In this document: positions 48,534 through 59,193 of the stretch, piece after piece
How the letters are laid out: each line of letters starts with the position of its first letter
Numbering within the stretch: the stretch's first letter is position 1
Source: Acidobacteriota bacterium
GTDB taxonomy: Bacteria > Acidobacteriota > CAIWXX01
Reading direction: 5' to 3'
Assembly (NCBI GenBank): GCA_040755995.1
Contig: JBFMAF010000013.1
Span: forward strand, 64,757-128,756
Length of the DNA stretch: 64,000 bases
Translations under genes and position numbers: made by a program
Notes under the pieces: generated by a model
The model's input: only the letters and a program-made list of their open reading frames with translations
Told to the model about the DNA's origin: nothing
The model's database searches: none

Positions 48534-50438
48534 TCAGGGAGAATCGCCGATCGGACCGGTTGTCTGCCGGGGCAGGACGCCTTGCCCGTGGACGCCCGCG
48601 CCCCGGAGCTCCTCGTATTGCTGTGCCACGAAAAGGCGCCGGTAAAGGCCGTCCCGGGTCATCAACTCTTCATGCGTTCCATCCTCGACCAATCGCCCGC
48701 GGTCGAGCACGTAGATCCGATCGGCCTGGGTCACCATCGAGAGGCGATGCGCGATTATCAGAAGGGTCCGGCCACGACAATACTCCGCGATTCCAGCCAT
48801 CATCGCCTCCTCGGTCCTGCTGTCCACGTCGTTTGTGGCCTCGTCAAGTACGAGCACCTCTGCATCGAGAAGAAGAGCGCGGGCAAGAGCTACACGGCGG
48901 CGCTGACCCGCAGATAGGCGAGTCCCCCGATCCTGCAAAACAGTCGAATAGCTGTCCGGCATCGCGGCGATGAAATCGTGAGCTTGCGCCAGCCGGCATG
49001 CCGCAATGACCTGGCTGTCTGTTGCATCCGCACGAGCGAAACGCAGGTTCTCCATCGCGGTCGCATGAAACAAGAAGACGTCCTGGGTCACCACGGCCAC
49101 CCGCCTTCGCCAGCTCGTGATCTCCAGCTGACGAAGGTCGATGCCGTCCACTTGAATCATCCCATCCGTCGGATCATAGAGGCGCGAGACGAGATTCACC
49201 AAGGTTGACTTGCCCGCACCCGATGGACCAACCACGGCGACCCGGTGCCCACGCGGTATGGTGAAGTCGAGACGATCGAGGACGAGCGGCTCGTCGCGCG
49301 CATATCGAAACGACACCCCCAGGAATCTCACCGAGTCGCAAAGCGAATCGAAGACGATCGATCCGCCGCTCGGCGCCACCGGGCTCGTCGTGCCGATGGT
49401 CTCCGTCAGGGTATGCAGCATCGGAGCGACCTGGGCAACCTGCGTGTGCAGGCTGGTCAGGATTCCGGCCGGCCCCATCAACCGAATTGCGATGACCAGG
49501 AAGATCCCCAAGAGGGCGGGGACTGTGTGTGTCGATAGGGGAAGGAACAAAGACCCCACGGCCAGGACAGCGGCAAGAAGAGAGAGATTCAGCGCGTTGA
49601 AGAGCGGGCGCGCGAAACCGCCGATGGCCGAGGCGCGGTATTCCTGCGCAAGAAGCGCCTGACTATGCTGCGCGAACGTGGCATGGCTCCAGTTCTCTCG
49701 GCCGAAGACGCGCACGAGCTTCATCCCGGCCAACAGCTCTTGAACCGCAGCCTGTGTCTCGCGAATGTTGTCATGGAGCTTCCTGCTGGCCTTCCGCAGG
49801 CGCACCGCTATCGCGGGGCGCAGCAGGAAGCTCACGGGGGCAAGCAGCAACAAGCTGAGGATCGTCAGGCGCCACGACAGAGCCAGCGCGAGCACCACAT
49901 AGCTCACCATCACCGCGATACTCGCGGCCGCCTGCCCGGCCTGGAGAACCAAGGCCCCGACGCTGCGGACGAATGAGTCGAGCAACGCCGTCAGGCTCCC
50001 GCGGCGCTCGCGCAGAAAGGCATCGAGCGGCATTTCGGAAAAACGGCGGAAGACGGCCTCCTGCAGCGTGCGCTGGACGTGCTTTCGCAATTGAAGCGAC
50101 GCCATGGTCTGTGCCAATTGCAAGGAGGCCCTGAAAAGCGCGAACAAAATCAAGGCGGCGGCCGCCAGTCGGATTCGTGACCCAACCGGCAGGCTCGATG
50201 CATGCCGGGCGATCTCCGTCAGCCAGGTCCCTTCCGGCACCGCGGCATCCCGCCCGGCGGCCAGGAGAATGAACACGCTGCCGATCCCGATTGCTTCGCC
50301 AGCCACCTGAAGGGCAGCCGTGACCACGAGCAGCGCGAGCAGGCCGCGATGGGGCTGCATGAGTGCAAGCAGTTGAACCAGACACCTGGTGGATGATGGT
50401 CGAGCGTCAGGCGATGCAGAGAGCTGTTCGTTAGTCAT
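48534..50438 (-). CDS. ABC exporter, fused permease-ATPase (MsbA/multidrug-like). Divergent from the NRPS-like cluster.
   Basis: Six-TM region, then Walker A GPSGAGKST, LSAGQRRRVALARALLL and Walker B LVLDEAT. Start chosen at M45 and is uncertain. Confidence 0.7.
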   Translation of the reverse strand: MTNEQLSASPDARPSSTRCLVQLLALMQPHRGLLALLVVTAALQVAGEAIGIGSVFILLAAGRDAAVPEGTWLTEIARHASSLPVGSRIRLAAAALILFALFRASLQLAQTMASLQLRKHVQRTLQEAVFRRFSEMPLDAFLRERRGSLTALLDSFVRSVGALVLQAGQAAASIAVMVSYVVLALALSWRLTILSLLLLAPVSFLLRPAIAVRLRKASRKLHDNIRETQAAVQELLAGMKLVRVFGRENWSHATFAQHSQALLAQEYRASAIGGFARPLFNALNLSLLAAVLAVGSLFLPLSTHTVPALLGIFLVIAIRLMGPAGILTSLHTQVAQVAPMLHTLTETIGTTSPVAPSGGSIVFDSLCDSVRFLGVSFRYARDEPLVLDRLDFTIPRGHRVAVVGPSGAGKSTLVNLVSRLYDPTDGMIQVDGIDLRQLEITSWRRRVAVVTQDVFLFHATAMENLRFARADATDSQVIAACRLAQAHDFIAAMPDSYSTVLQDRGTRLSAGQRRRVALARALLLDAEVLVLDEATNDVDSRTEEAMMAGIAEYCRGRTLLIIAHRLSMVTQADRIYVLDRGRLVEDGTHEELMTRDGLYRRLFVAQQYEELRGAGVHGQGVLPRQTTGPIGDSP

Positions 50439-50608
50439 TGATGAATGGGGACGAACCAATGTTGAGGGGCTCGGCGCAATCACGCCTCGTCGCAACCCTG
50501 TGCCCTTCGGTCCGGAACATGAGCGGCCTCTGCATGGCGTGACTATATTCAGGCGGGCTTCCTCTCGCAAGACACGCGCTCACTTCACGAAATCAGTCAA
50601 ACGGAGGG

Positions 50609-53557
50609 ATGCAAAATGCGCGAACATGCCCTAGGATATCCGTCATGGACCACCGGGCGGAAGGCGTGACCGATTCGGTTGTGGGTCAAGGCCCGGCGGG
50701 GACGCTCACCGCCGCATTCCAAGCTCAGGCGGCACGGAAGCCGCGGGCCGTTGCGGTTGACTGCGATGGCATCAGGCTGACTTATGGAGAGCTCGATTCC
50801 ATCTCGAACGCATTGGCCGCCGCCATCGCAGAGCGGCACGGGATTTCAAATGCTCCGATTGCTCTCCTATGTCCTCATCGTCCGGATGCCGTCCTCGGAG
50901 TCCTGGCGATACTGAAGGCGGGGAAGTGCTTTGTCCCTCTGAACCCGGCGAGTCCAGCAGAGTATCTCAGGCGAATCTGGGTGCATTCGGGCGCATCGGC
51001 TATCCTGGCCGGCGCCGGGGAATCCTCGCTCGTCCGGGAAGTCTGCGGGACCATGGACCTATGTATCCCGCTGGAGTCTCTTGCCTCATCGCGCTATGCC
51101 GCGCCGCCGCCTCTCGATCCGGATCCCGAGCGACTTGCGGCGATCGTGTACACCTCGGGCTCGACGGGAGAGCCCAAAGGAGTAATGACAACGCACCGGA
51201 GCATCTTGATGCGAGTGCAGCATCACGCCCGGGTCGCAGCGTACGGCTCATCGGATCGCCAGGCATCGATTGTCTACTGGGGCTACAGCGCGTCCTTCCC
51301 TGATATCTTCGGAGCTTTGCTGCATGGCATAACGCTGCTGCCTTTCGACACGGCAGCGAGAGGTATTGGCGGATTCATTAGTTGGCTGGAAGAGCAGAAT
51401 GCTACTCTACTGCAGCTCCCGGCTGCCCTCGTTGCCGGAATTCTGGACACGGTGGTTGCCCGGAAGCGCCGCCTTCGCCGTATGCGACTGGTATACGTGA
51501 GCGGCGGCCGGCTGTACCGTTCGGAGGCTCTCGGGCTGTGGAGGGTCTTTCCGCGGGCGCGCCTGCTGCATGGATATGGCTCATCCGAGGCCAACCTTGT
51601 GGCGCAGCACGGCATGCAACCCGGCCAGGCCCCCGTCGGCGATCCGCTGCCAGTAGGCAGCGTCGTGACGGGAAAGCGGGTGATGGTCGTCGACATTTTC
51701 GGCGAAACCGTTCCCGACGGGGTGATCGGCGAATTGGTGGTGGTGAGTGACCACTTGTCGCCGGGCTACTGGCGCGATCCAGCAGCGACCGAGTCATCGT
51801 TTCGCGCGACGTCTGCCGGGCAGCAGCCGTTCTTCCACACCGGGGACCTGGGCTGCTATCGGCCGGACGGGCTGTTGGAACTGGCGGGTCGCAAGGACTT
51901 CGTTGTCAAGATCCGGGGGAATCGGGTGGATACAGAGGACGTTGAGGCGCGTCTCAAGGCATCGAGGCGGGTCAGGGAGGCCGCGGTCGTCGTTCATCGC
52001 AGGAAGTCGGGCGAAGCCGTTCTGATTGCCTACATAGTGCCGAGGCCAGGGGCAGAGGTGGCGCCGAAGGACCTCCGTGAGGAGATGGAGAAGACTTCGC
52101 CGCCGTACATGGTGCCGAGCCGGCTCATCGTCATGGACGCTCTTCCGTTGACCGCGAGCGGCAAGGTGGACCGTCGCGCTCTGCCGCCTCCCTACAAGGT
52201 GCGTCCCTCAATCCGTGTGCAGTTCCGACCGCCCGAGAACGAGGGGCAGAAACTGGTCTGCCGGGTGTGGGCCGATCTTCTTGAAGTGCCGGAAGTGGGA
52301 TTGGACGACGACTTCTTCGACTTGGGCGGCGATTCCCTCAGTGCCATGATGATGCTGGCACAGGTGGAGCACCTCCTGGAGACGCATGTGCCTCTTGCAT
52401 TCTTCGAGACCCCGACGGTGTCGGGTCTCTTCGCCATCATACGCTCCGATCGGTCGTCAGAATCCCCGCCGCGCCCCGCGGAGTCACAGCCTGGAAGCAC
52501 AGCCTTCGAGCACCCAGCAAGGGATTGGCAACACACGTTTCGAGGCGCCAGGGACTGGCTGCATGCCTTCGCCGGGAGGCCGGACAGGGTCGCAAGGCTC
52601 ATGGAGCTCGCGCCGTCATTCGCCGCGATGCTGATGCCGTATAGGGCCGGCTGCCGGTGGCTTGCCTGGTGCTGTTCTCACGACGGTTTCGTCGAACGCA
52701 CATACGGCAGCGACTACCACCTCTTCCGCCGCTTTCTGTCCGATTTCGGCTGCAGCATCTCGGACCCACTGGCCGCCTTCCGGGTCAGTCTCTTGGGAAA
52801 TCTCGCAATGCTTTCGACGTTCCAGCGACTGCATATTCCGGCGGAGTTGTCGGGCCGGCTCCTGGAGGTGCTCAAGGCCTCGCCGTTGCCGTTTCGCCGC
52901 TCGGCCGGAAGGTTGATTGAGCAAGGGGATCGGGACGAGCTTCGAAAGTGGTTTCAGTTTTCCGGGCTGCAGTCTGTCGAGGAGATGCTGGCGTTGAGGC
53001 ACGGAGTGATCCTGCTCTCTTATCACGGCACGGGACAGATCCTGGCATCGAGGGCGCTGCAGCGCTTTCTCGACGACAGCCCGATCAAGTTCCTCAGCCG
53101 CTACGCCAGTCGCAAGCGGGCGCAGCTGCGAATCGGGAATGGCGGCTCAGCGAAGACGGCCGCGGAAGTAATCAGAGACACAGTCGCCGCACAGCGACAC
53201 CTGGAGAGGGGAGGGCTGGTGCAGATCGTGCTCGAGAGTTCTCCGAGTCGCAGCGCCATCGCATGTTCTGTTGGTGGGCGGCTCTATCATCTCGAGCCGG
53301 GCTTCGCCCATTTGTCTCTTTCAACTGGAGCAGCGATCATTCCCTGGCACGCCTATTATGACGACCGCGGCTGCGTTCAGGCGCGATTCCAGCCCCGGCT
53401 CACAGTAGAAATCGACACCGACCACGAAGCCCAGGCCGCCGCCCTGACACGAAGGTACGCCCTGCTCTTGGAGTCGACCTGGCGCGAGGTGCCCCAGTCC
53501 ATGGATTGGCGACTCATCGACACCCATTATTCGTTGCCGAGGGCCGATCCTCCTTAG
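50609..53557 (+). CDS. NRPS-like adenylation-thiolation protein fused to a C-terminal LpxL/HtrB-like (lysophospholipid acyltransferase superfamily) domain.
   Basis: A-domain motifs IVYTSGSTGEPKGV, GRKDFVVKIRGNRVD and LPLTASGKVDRRAL. PCP motif FFDLGGDSLSAMM. The C-terminal ~400 aa contain LLSYHGTGQ and LEPGFAHLSLSTGAAIIPW resembling lipid A late acyltransferases. The start could instead be M13 at 50645. Confidence 0.65.
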   Translation: MQNARTCPRISVMDHRAEGVTDSVVGQGPAGTLTAAFQAQAARKPRAVAVDCDGIRLTYGELDSISNALAAAIAERHGISNAPIALLCPHRPDAVLGVLAILKAGKCFVPLNPASPAEYLRRIWVHSGASAILAGAGESSLVREVCGTMDLCIPLESLASSRYAAPPPLDPDPERLAAIVYTSGSTGEPKGVMTTHRSILMRVQHHARVAAYGSSDRQASIVYWGYSASFPDIFGALLHGITLLPFDTAARGIGGFISWLEEQNATLLQLPAALVAGILDTVVARKRRLRRMRLVYVSGGRLYRSEALGLWRVFPRARLLHGYGSSEANLVAQHGMQPGQAPVGDPLPVGSVVTGKRVMVVDIFGETVPDGVIGELVVVSDHLSPGYWRDPAATESSFRATSAGQQPFFHTGDLGCYRPDGLLELAGRKDFVVKIRGNRVDTEDVEARLKASRRVREAAVVVHRRKSGEAVLIAYIVPRPGAEVAPKDLREEMEKTSPPYMVPSRLIVMDALPLTASGKVDRRALPPPYKVRPSIRVQFRPPENEGQKLVCRVWADLLEVPEVGLDDDFFDLGGDSLSAMMMLAQVEHLLETHVPLAFFETPTVSGLFAIIRSDRSSESPPRPAESQPGSTAFEHPARDWQHTFRGARDWLHAFAGRPDRVARLMELAPSFAAMLMPYRAGCRWLAWCCSHDGFVERTYGSDYHLFRRFLSDFGCSISDPLAAFRVSLLGNLAMLSTFQRLHIPAELSGRLLEVLKASPLPFRRSAGRLIEQGDRDELRKWFQFSGLQSVEEMLALRHGVILLSYHGTGQILASRALQRFLDDSPIKFLSRYASRKRAQLRIGNGGSAKTAAEVIRDTVAAQRHLERGGLVQIVLESSPSRSAIACSVGGRLYHLEPGFAHLSLSTGAAIIPWHAYYDDRGCVQARFQPRLTVEIDTDHEAQAAALTRRYALLLESTWREVPQSMDWRLIDTHYSLPRADPP

Positions 53558-53703
53558 ATTGTCGCGGTGCCGGCATTGAGGTGCGTGGGAGAGTCCCCGG
53601 ACGACGAATTGACACGATAACGCATTAAGAGGTAATTGTTGACGTCGATCCTGTTTCGGCAGTGGGGACAACTCGGGGAGGCATTTTGCAGGCAGGTGGT
53701 CTC

Positions 53704-55416
53704 ATGTCGGGTACGAATGAACCGCAGGTCAGCCCCTTCTTGATCGGACTCGCCGTCGGCGAAGGCACCGGGCCGGAGCTGGCCTTGGTCTTCCGTCGTG
53801 CCGTCGAGGTACTGGCCGCAGCGTTCGGAATCGATGCGAAGATCATCGCTTGCCCGCAGCGCCTTCGCACCTTTGGGGCCTTGATGAAGCGGGGGCTGCC
53901 GACATCCGAGGTGGTACTGATCAAGGACGAGGACTGCATACGATACGAGGGATTCCTGCGGGATGTCTACGGCGAGGGTTGCCGGGTCGTGTTCCGCACC
54001 GCGATCAATGCAGAGAGCCTGTATCAGGTCAGGGAGCGGCTGCGCGGGGTGAAGATGGAGGTGATCCCGACACCGTACGGCGAGCTGTTTCTCGTTCGCG
54101 ATGCGGCCCAGGGATTCTATACGGGCAGCAATGACACCGGTGATCGCAACATCATCCGGCGGACGTGCGAGTTCCGCCGTGACTGGACCGAACAACTGCT
54201 CGACTACGCGCATGCCGCCGCGGCCGCGCACTGGGGCGGCCCGCAAGGGATCGATCACTTTCTGCTCGCCTATAAGTTCCACCTGCTTGACAACCGGTTT
54301 GCGCAATGGGTCGACGAGTATTCCCGCTCGCGCAACCTCACGCTGGAGTTGTTTCAGCCCGACACGATGAATCGCCATCTCTTGCGCGGGACCTACCACG
54401 GGCGCCTGCTCATCGTCGGCGCCAACGAGTGGCTCGATATCGCGCACCTGGACCTGCTGGCTCGCTACGGCATGGGGCCGCAGGAGAATCGCCACAGCCG
54501 CAACGTGTACCTTGCGCGCGGCGTCGAAGGGCTGGTCGAGTACCAGACCGTGCACGGTTCTGCAGACGACATCGCCGGCCGGGGCCTCGTGAACCCGGTC
54601 GCGACTTTGCGTGCGGCCGCCGACCTGTTCGAACACCACGGCCGCTGCGCCGGAGCCGTCGTCCGCATGCACAGGGCGATCGAACGCAGTCGCGCGCGCG
54701 GACTGGCCACGCCCGACCTTGGCGGCCACAGCACCACCGATGACTTTGCGGCGGACATACTCGACTGCTTTCGCAGCAGCTCGCAGCCGCCGCCGGCAAG
54801 GGATACGGCGCTGCTCGTCGTGGACATGCAGAACGACCTGTGCGCACCCGGCGGGTGTTTCGACCGCCTGGGTCTGATCGACTGCGGCGCGATGCAGGCG
54901 CTCGCGAGCCGCATCGCGGAGCTGATCGAGTGGAGCCGGCGGCATGGCCTCGATGTCATTTTCACCCGCATGCTCGCCGATCCTGAACGGCAGCCGGAGA
55001 ACATGGTCGAACGCAATCGGCGCCTGGGGCGGATTGACTACCTGCGCGAGGGCCATTGGGGCGCGGATTTCTTCGGAGTCTCGCCGATGCCCGGCGAGCC
55101 GGTCGTGACGAAATTCTGCTACGACGCGTTTCTCGGCACCGAGCTTGAGCGCCGGCTGCACAGCCATGGAGTGCAACGCCTGCTGTTCGGAGGCGTCTTC
55201 ACCGACGTTTGTGTCGATGCCACGGCGCGCACTGCCTTTCAGCTTGGATTCCGAATCGCGATCGTGCGCGACGCAACCGCGCCGCTGCACTATTCTCTAG
55301 ATCAGACGCTGGCATTCATGGAACAGATCTACGGCGCGCAATCGTTGGCCTTCGCCGAGCTGCCGGACCTATTGCGTACGAACGGAGCAGCGTGCACCCG
55401 GGCTGGCGCGACATAG
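53704..55416 (+). CDS. Fusion of an isocitrate/isopropylmalate dehydrogenase-family domain and an isochorismatase-family (cysteine hydrolase) domain.
   Basis: N-terminal GEGTGPE. Later HGSADDIAGRGLVNPVATL and DLGGHSTTDDFAADIL (IDH/IMDH signatures). C-terminal LLVVDMQNDLC...FGGVFTDVCVDATARTAFQLGF (isochorismatase fold). AGGTGG RBS. Confidence 0.55.
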   Translation: MSGTNEPQVSPFLIGLAVGEGTGPELALVFRRAVEVLAAAFGIDAKIIACPQRLRTFGALMKRGLPTSEVVLIKDEDCIRYEGFLRDVYGEGCRVVFRTAINAESLYQVRERLRGVKMEVIPTPYGELFLVRDAAQGFYTGSNDTGDRNIIRRTCEFRRDWTEQLLDYAHAAAAAHWGGPQGIDHFLLAYKFHLLDNRFAQWVDEYSRSRNLTLELFQPDTMNRHLLRGTYHGRLLIVGANEWLDIAHLDLLARYGMGPQENRHSRNVYLARGVEGLVEYQTVHGSADDIAGRGLVNPVATLRAAADLFEHHGRCAGAVVRMHRAIERSRARGLATPDLGGHSTTDDFAADILDCFRSSSQPPPARDTALLVVDMQNDLCAPGGCFDRLGLIDCGAMQALASRIAELIEWSRRHGLDVIFTRMLADPERQPENMVERNRRLGRIDYLREGHWGADFFGVSPMPGEPVVTKFCYDAFLGTELERRLHSHGVQRLLFGGVFTDVCVDATARTAFQLGFRIAIVRDATAPLHYSLDQTLAFMEQIYGAQSLAFAELPDLLRTNGAACTRAGAT

Positions 55417-55423
55417 TGCCAAG

Positions 55424-58063
55424 ATGCCGCCGTTTCCGAAGATCGACGCGTCATGCCAGCCGCCGATTCCACGCTCGGCCGTCGATCGTACGATCGGCGC
55501 GGCCTTCGCCGAGTCTGCTGCTCATGCCGGCGACAGCCCGGCGGTCAAGATGGGGGAGAAGGCCCTCAGCTACGGCGAACTCGACTGTCTCTCGAACCGG
55601 CTTGCTCACGCCCTGAGCCAGTTCTCCGAAGGCATTCAACAGCGTGTGGCGCTGTTGATCGAAGACCGCATACAGCAGGTCCTCGCCATGCTCGGCGTCC
55701 TGAAGGCCGGACATCTTTTCGTGCCGCTCGCGACTACCGACCCTCCAGCGCGGCTGGCGTCGCTGATTACAGATGCGCAGCCCGCATGCGTGATCACGGA
55801 TGCGGGCGGGGCCGAGATCGCAAGGCAGGCCGCGCAGTCGCTGCCGCGTCTGGAGCTCGGGGCGCTCGATTCGACGCCGGTAGAATTTCTGTCGCCGGTT
55901 GAACTGACCCCCTCGGCCTGCGCCTGTCTCATCTACACATCGGGCTCCACCGGCCGTCCCAAGGGAGTGCTTCAGACGCATCGCAACATCCTGCACCACG
56001 TCGCGAAGTACACACGCACAATCGGCCTGACTCGCGCCGACCGGCTCACCTGGCTCACGAGCTACGTGTTCGCCGCATCCATATCCGACGTGTTTCCCAC
56101 CCTGCTCAACGGCGCCACGTTGTTGCCGTACGCGATCGAGCGGAGGGGCTTTGCTGAGCTCGGTTCCTGGCTGCGCGCGGAACGCGTGACGATCTACTAC
56201 TCGGTGCCCTCAGTGCTCCGGCGACTGGCGGCACAAGAGCGCGACGACACGAGATTCTCTGAGGTGCGCCTGGTGCGCCTCGGCGGTGAGTCGCTGCGCG
56301 CAACTGACGTCGAGATCTTTCGGCGGCTGTTCGGACGGCGTTGCCGGATGCTCAATTCACTCGGCGCGACTGAAATCAACCTGATCCGCCATTTCTTCGT
56401 GGACGCTGACACCCCGCTCACTGATGCTACCGTGCCCGCGGGCTATGAGGTCGAGGACACCGAGGTACGGCTGATCGATGAGCAGGGACGGGACGTCTCG
56501 CCAGGTTGTATCGGCCAGATCGCCGTTCGCAGCCGATACTTGAGCCCCGGTTACTGGCGCCAACCCGAGCTGACGCAAGCCACGTTCCTGGCGGATGCCG
56601 GGGACCCGGAGCTTCGTACATATCTTACCGGGGATCTCGGCCGCATGCTGCCGGACGGCTGTCTGGTTCACCTCGGGCGCATCGATCGACGGGTCAAGGT
56701 GCATGGACGCAGCGTGGATCTGCAGGAGGTCGAAACAGCCATCGCACGCCTCGACCTGCTCGAGGACGTGGCGGTGGTCGACGTGAGCGGGGCGGGGGAT
56801 GACGATGGGGTGATGCTTGTGGCCTACCTGGTCGGCCGCGGTGCGACGCGCCGCGATTCCGCCGCACTGCGCGCGCAGCTCGCCAGAACGCTGCCCGCGC
56901 ACATGATGCCCCTGCGCTTCATCTACGTCGATACGCTGCCGCTGACCAGTACCGGCAAGATCGATCGGCAGGAGCTGCGGAGACGCGCGATCGAGCAGCC
57001 GGTGTCGCGGGCGGGAGCGCAAGCGCCCCCGCGTGACGCGACAGAGAGCGCCCTGGTCCAGCTGTGGGAGGGATTGCTCAAGGTGCGCCAGATCGGCATC
57101 ACCGACAACTTCTTCGATCTCGGCGGCGACTCGCTGCTCGCCCTGAGGATGCTCGATGAGGCGCAGCGCCTGTTCGGTCGCGCAGTATCGCCGAATGAGT
57201 TCCAGAAAGCGCCGACTATACGGGGACTTACCGACATCGGTCGCCGGGCTCAGCCGGCCTGCGCGGCAGCGGTGATCGTGGCAGTCAAGGCGGCGGGCAC
57301 GCGTGCCCCATTGCTGCTCGTTCCAGGAGCCGGTTCGGACGTGCTCGCACTTTCAAATCTCTGCCGGCACATCGATGAGGCGCAGCCGCTGTACGGGCTG
57401 CGCATGCCCGGCCTGGTTGAGGGCGAGAAGCCGCTCGATCGGGTCGAGGCAATCGCGGCATACATCGTGACGGCGCTGCACCGTGAAGGTGCCATCCGGC
57501 GTTTCAAGGTCGGCGGGGTGTCGTTCGGCGGGCTGGTGGCGCTTGAGATCGCGCAGCAGCTCCAGATCTCCGGCGAACCGGTGGATCACGTCTACCTGCT
57601 GGACACCGCCGCACCGCGGTATCCCCGGCGCCGGTGGATCGCCGGATTTCGCCACCCAATCCGGCTTGTTCAAAGCCTGATCCTGCCGCCCGGCGCCCGA
57701 GACCTCTTCACCCGGGAGAGACTTGAGCTCGGATGGAGAGACAGGCGGTCGCGCCTCCAGGCTCGGCTCGCTGCAATCAGGCAGAGCTGTGGAGGCCGCC
57801 GGATGTCGGCGCTCGACCGGCGAATGCTGCTGCAGGCCTCGTGCTTCCGAGCGGCCGACTGCTATCGGCCCTCTCGATACGACGGCGCCGTGACGCTGCT
57901 GCGGGCCGATCGCCAGCCTCCGCCGGACCAGTACGATTCTGACGAGCGACTGGGATGGGGAGATCGTCTCCCACGTCTCCGAGTGGTTGCAACGCCTGGC
58001 GGACACAACGATCAGTGGCAGGGCATCGCGGTCCCGGCCGTGGCGGCGGTATTGTCGGAATAG
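55424..58063 (+). CDS. NRPS-like adenylation-thiolation-thioesterase (A-PCP-TE) protein, no condensation domain.
   Basis: LIYTSGSTGRPKGV, GRIDRRVKVHGRSVD and LPLTSTGKIDRQEL. FFDLGGDSLLALRM. TE domain with GVSFGG (GxSxG). Confidence 0.7.
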   Translation: MPPFPKIDASCQPPIPRSAVDRTIGAAFAESAAHAGDSPAVKMGEKALSYGELDCLSNRLAHALSQFSEGIQQRVALLIEDRIQQVLAMLGVLKAGHLFVPLATTDPPARLASLITDAQPACVITDAGGAEIARQAAQSLPRLELGALDSTPVEFLSPVELTPSACACLIYTSGSTGRPKGVLQTHRNILHHVAKYTRTIGLTRADRLTWLTSYVFAASISDVFPTLLNGATLLPYAIERRGFAELGSWLRAERVTIYYSVPSVLRRLAAQERDDTRFSEVRLVRLGGESLRATDVEIFRRLFGRRCRMLNSLGATEINLIRHFFVDADTPLTDATVPAGYEVEDTEVRLIDEQGRDVSPGCIGQIAVRSRYLSPGYWRQPELTQATFLADAGDPELRTYLTGDLGRMLPDGCLVHLGRIDRRVKVHGRSVDLQEVETAIARLDLLEDVAVVDVSGAGDDDGVMLVAYLVGRGATRRDSAALRAQLARTLPAHMMPLRFIYVDTLPLTSTGKIDRQELRRRAIEQPVSRAGAQAPPRDATESALVQLWEGLLKVRQIGITDNFFDLGGDSLLALRMLDEAQRLFGRAVSPNEFQKAPTIRGLTDIGRRAQPACAAAVIVAVKAAGTRAPLLLVPGAGSDVLALSNLCRHIDEAQPLYGLRMPGLVEGEKPLDRVEAIAAYIVTALHREGAIRRFKVGGVSFGGLVALEIAQQLQISGEPVDHVYLLDTAAPRYPRRRWIAGFRHPIRLVQSLILPPGARDLFTRERLELGWRDRRSRLQARLAAIRQSCGGRRMSALDRRMLLQASCFRAADCYRPSRYDGAVTLLRADRQPPPDQYDSDERLGWGDRLPRLRVVATPGGHNDQWQGIAVPAVAAVLSE

Positions 58064-58127
58064 AATGCGCGGGCGGACCTGTCCGTGATGGTTTGCGTCT
58101 CCCCGCGTGGTTTGGTAGCCTTCGGCC

Positions 58128-58862
58128 ATGCTCGTGACCCCGCTGCGCCAGATCGAGATAGCGATTCTGGCGATCTGGGCGGTCGTGCTTGTCGCGGCGT
58201 TCGCATTCGGGCAGCTCAGCGCCGATCACACGCGACATTCGATCCGGCCGCTGCTGATGGTGACCTCGGCTCTGCTGGTCCTGCTTGCGCTGCTCTGGTG
58301 GCTCGCGCCGGTCTCCGGCGCGCGTTCCGTGCCACAGAGCGTCTCTCTGCTGATTTTCCTGGGGATGCTCTTCGGCTTCCTGGGCGATCTCATCATGGCC
58401 GACATACTGCGGACTCCCGACCGCGTCATCTTCGGAATCGGCTCGTTCGGCATCGGTCACGGGTGTTACATCGCTGCGTTTCTGCTGGCGTTGCGCGCGA
58501 TTCATGCTCAAAGCGGGCGAGTCAATTGGATCGTCATGGCGTCTCTGGTGCTCCTGGGCATCGTGTTGTGGACCGGCCTGGTGAGGAACCCGGACAAGCC
58601 CCTGCCGCTCAACCTGGCGGCACTCGTCTATACGCTGCTCATCTGCATCATGGTTGCCTTTGCGATCTCGCTGGCACTCGCGGTGCCACGGCTCTGGTAC
58701 CTCGCGCTGGGCGCACTGCTGTTTCTGGCTTCAGACGCTATCCTGGGGAATCAGATCTTCAGGGACCATCAGTGGTTCCTGGTCAGCGACGTCGTCTGGG
58801 TGACCTACATCGTCGGCCAGCTTCTGATCGTCCGATCGAATGCAGTATTGAAGTGTTTGTAG
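58128..58862 (+). CDS. Polytopic membrane protein, YhhN/lysoplasmalogenase-like family.
   Basis: ~8 TM helices with the FLGD and ...ASD motifs typical of YhhN proteins. Confidence 0.45.
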   Translation: MLVTPLRQIEIAILAIWAVVLVAAFAFGQLSADHTRHSIRPLLMVTSALLVLLALLWWLAPVSGARSVPQSVSLLIFLGMLFGFLGDLIMADILRTPDRVIFGIGSFGIGHGCYIAAFLLALRAIHAQSGRVNWIVMASLVLLGIVLWTGLVRNPDKPLPLNLAALVYTLLICIMVAFAISLALAVPRLWYLALGALLFLASDAILGNQIFRDHQWFLVSDVVWVTYIVGQLLIVRSNAVLKCL

Positions 58863-58887
58863 AATGACCTGTTGAGGAGGCCTCATC

Positions 58888-59193
58888 ATGTTGATCGTGA
58901 TTGTCTACGCCTGCGTGAAGCCTGAATTCGTCGATGCCTTCCGGGCCGCTTCGATCGAGAACGCGCAGAACAGCGTCCTGGAACCCGGCATTGCACGGTT
59001 CGACGTCGTCCAGCAGATCGACGATCCGACACGGTTTGTCCTGATCGAGGTCTATCGTGATGAACAGGCGCCTGGGCGCCACAAGGAGACGGCGCACTAT
59101 GCCCGGTGGCGCGGCACAGTGGCGCCGATGATGGCCGAGCCGCGCACGAGCTCGAAGTGGCGCAACTGTTTCCCGGACGAACAGGATTGGTGA
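58888..59193 (+). CDS. ABM-domain (antibiotic biosynthesis monooxygenase-like) small protein.
   Basis: ~100 aa ferredoxin-like pattern ([11 protein letters not shown]...[10 protein letters not shown]). GGAGG RBS. Confidence 0.5.
   Translation: MLIVIVYACVKPEFVDAFRAASIENAQNSVLEPGIARFDVVQQIDDPTRFVLIEVYRDEQAPGRHKETAHYARWRGTVAPMMAEPRTSSKWRNCFPDEQDW

Noticed and set aside
50439-50608. TATATT element upstream of the first NRPS-like gene as a promoter.
   Set aside because: No acceptable -35 at 16-18 nt spacing. Left unannotated.
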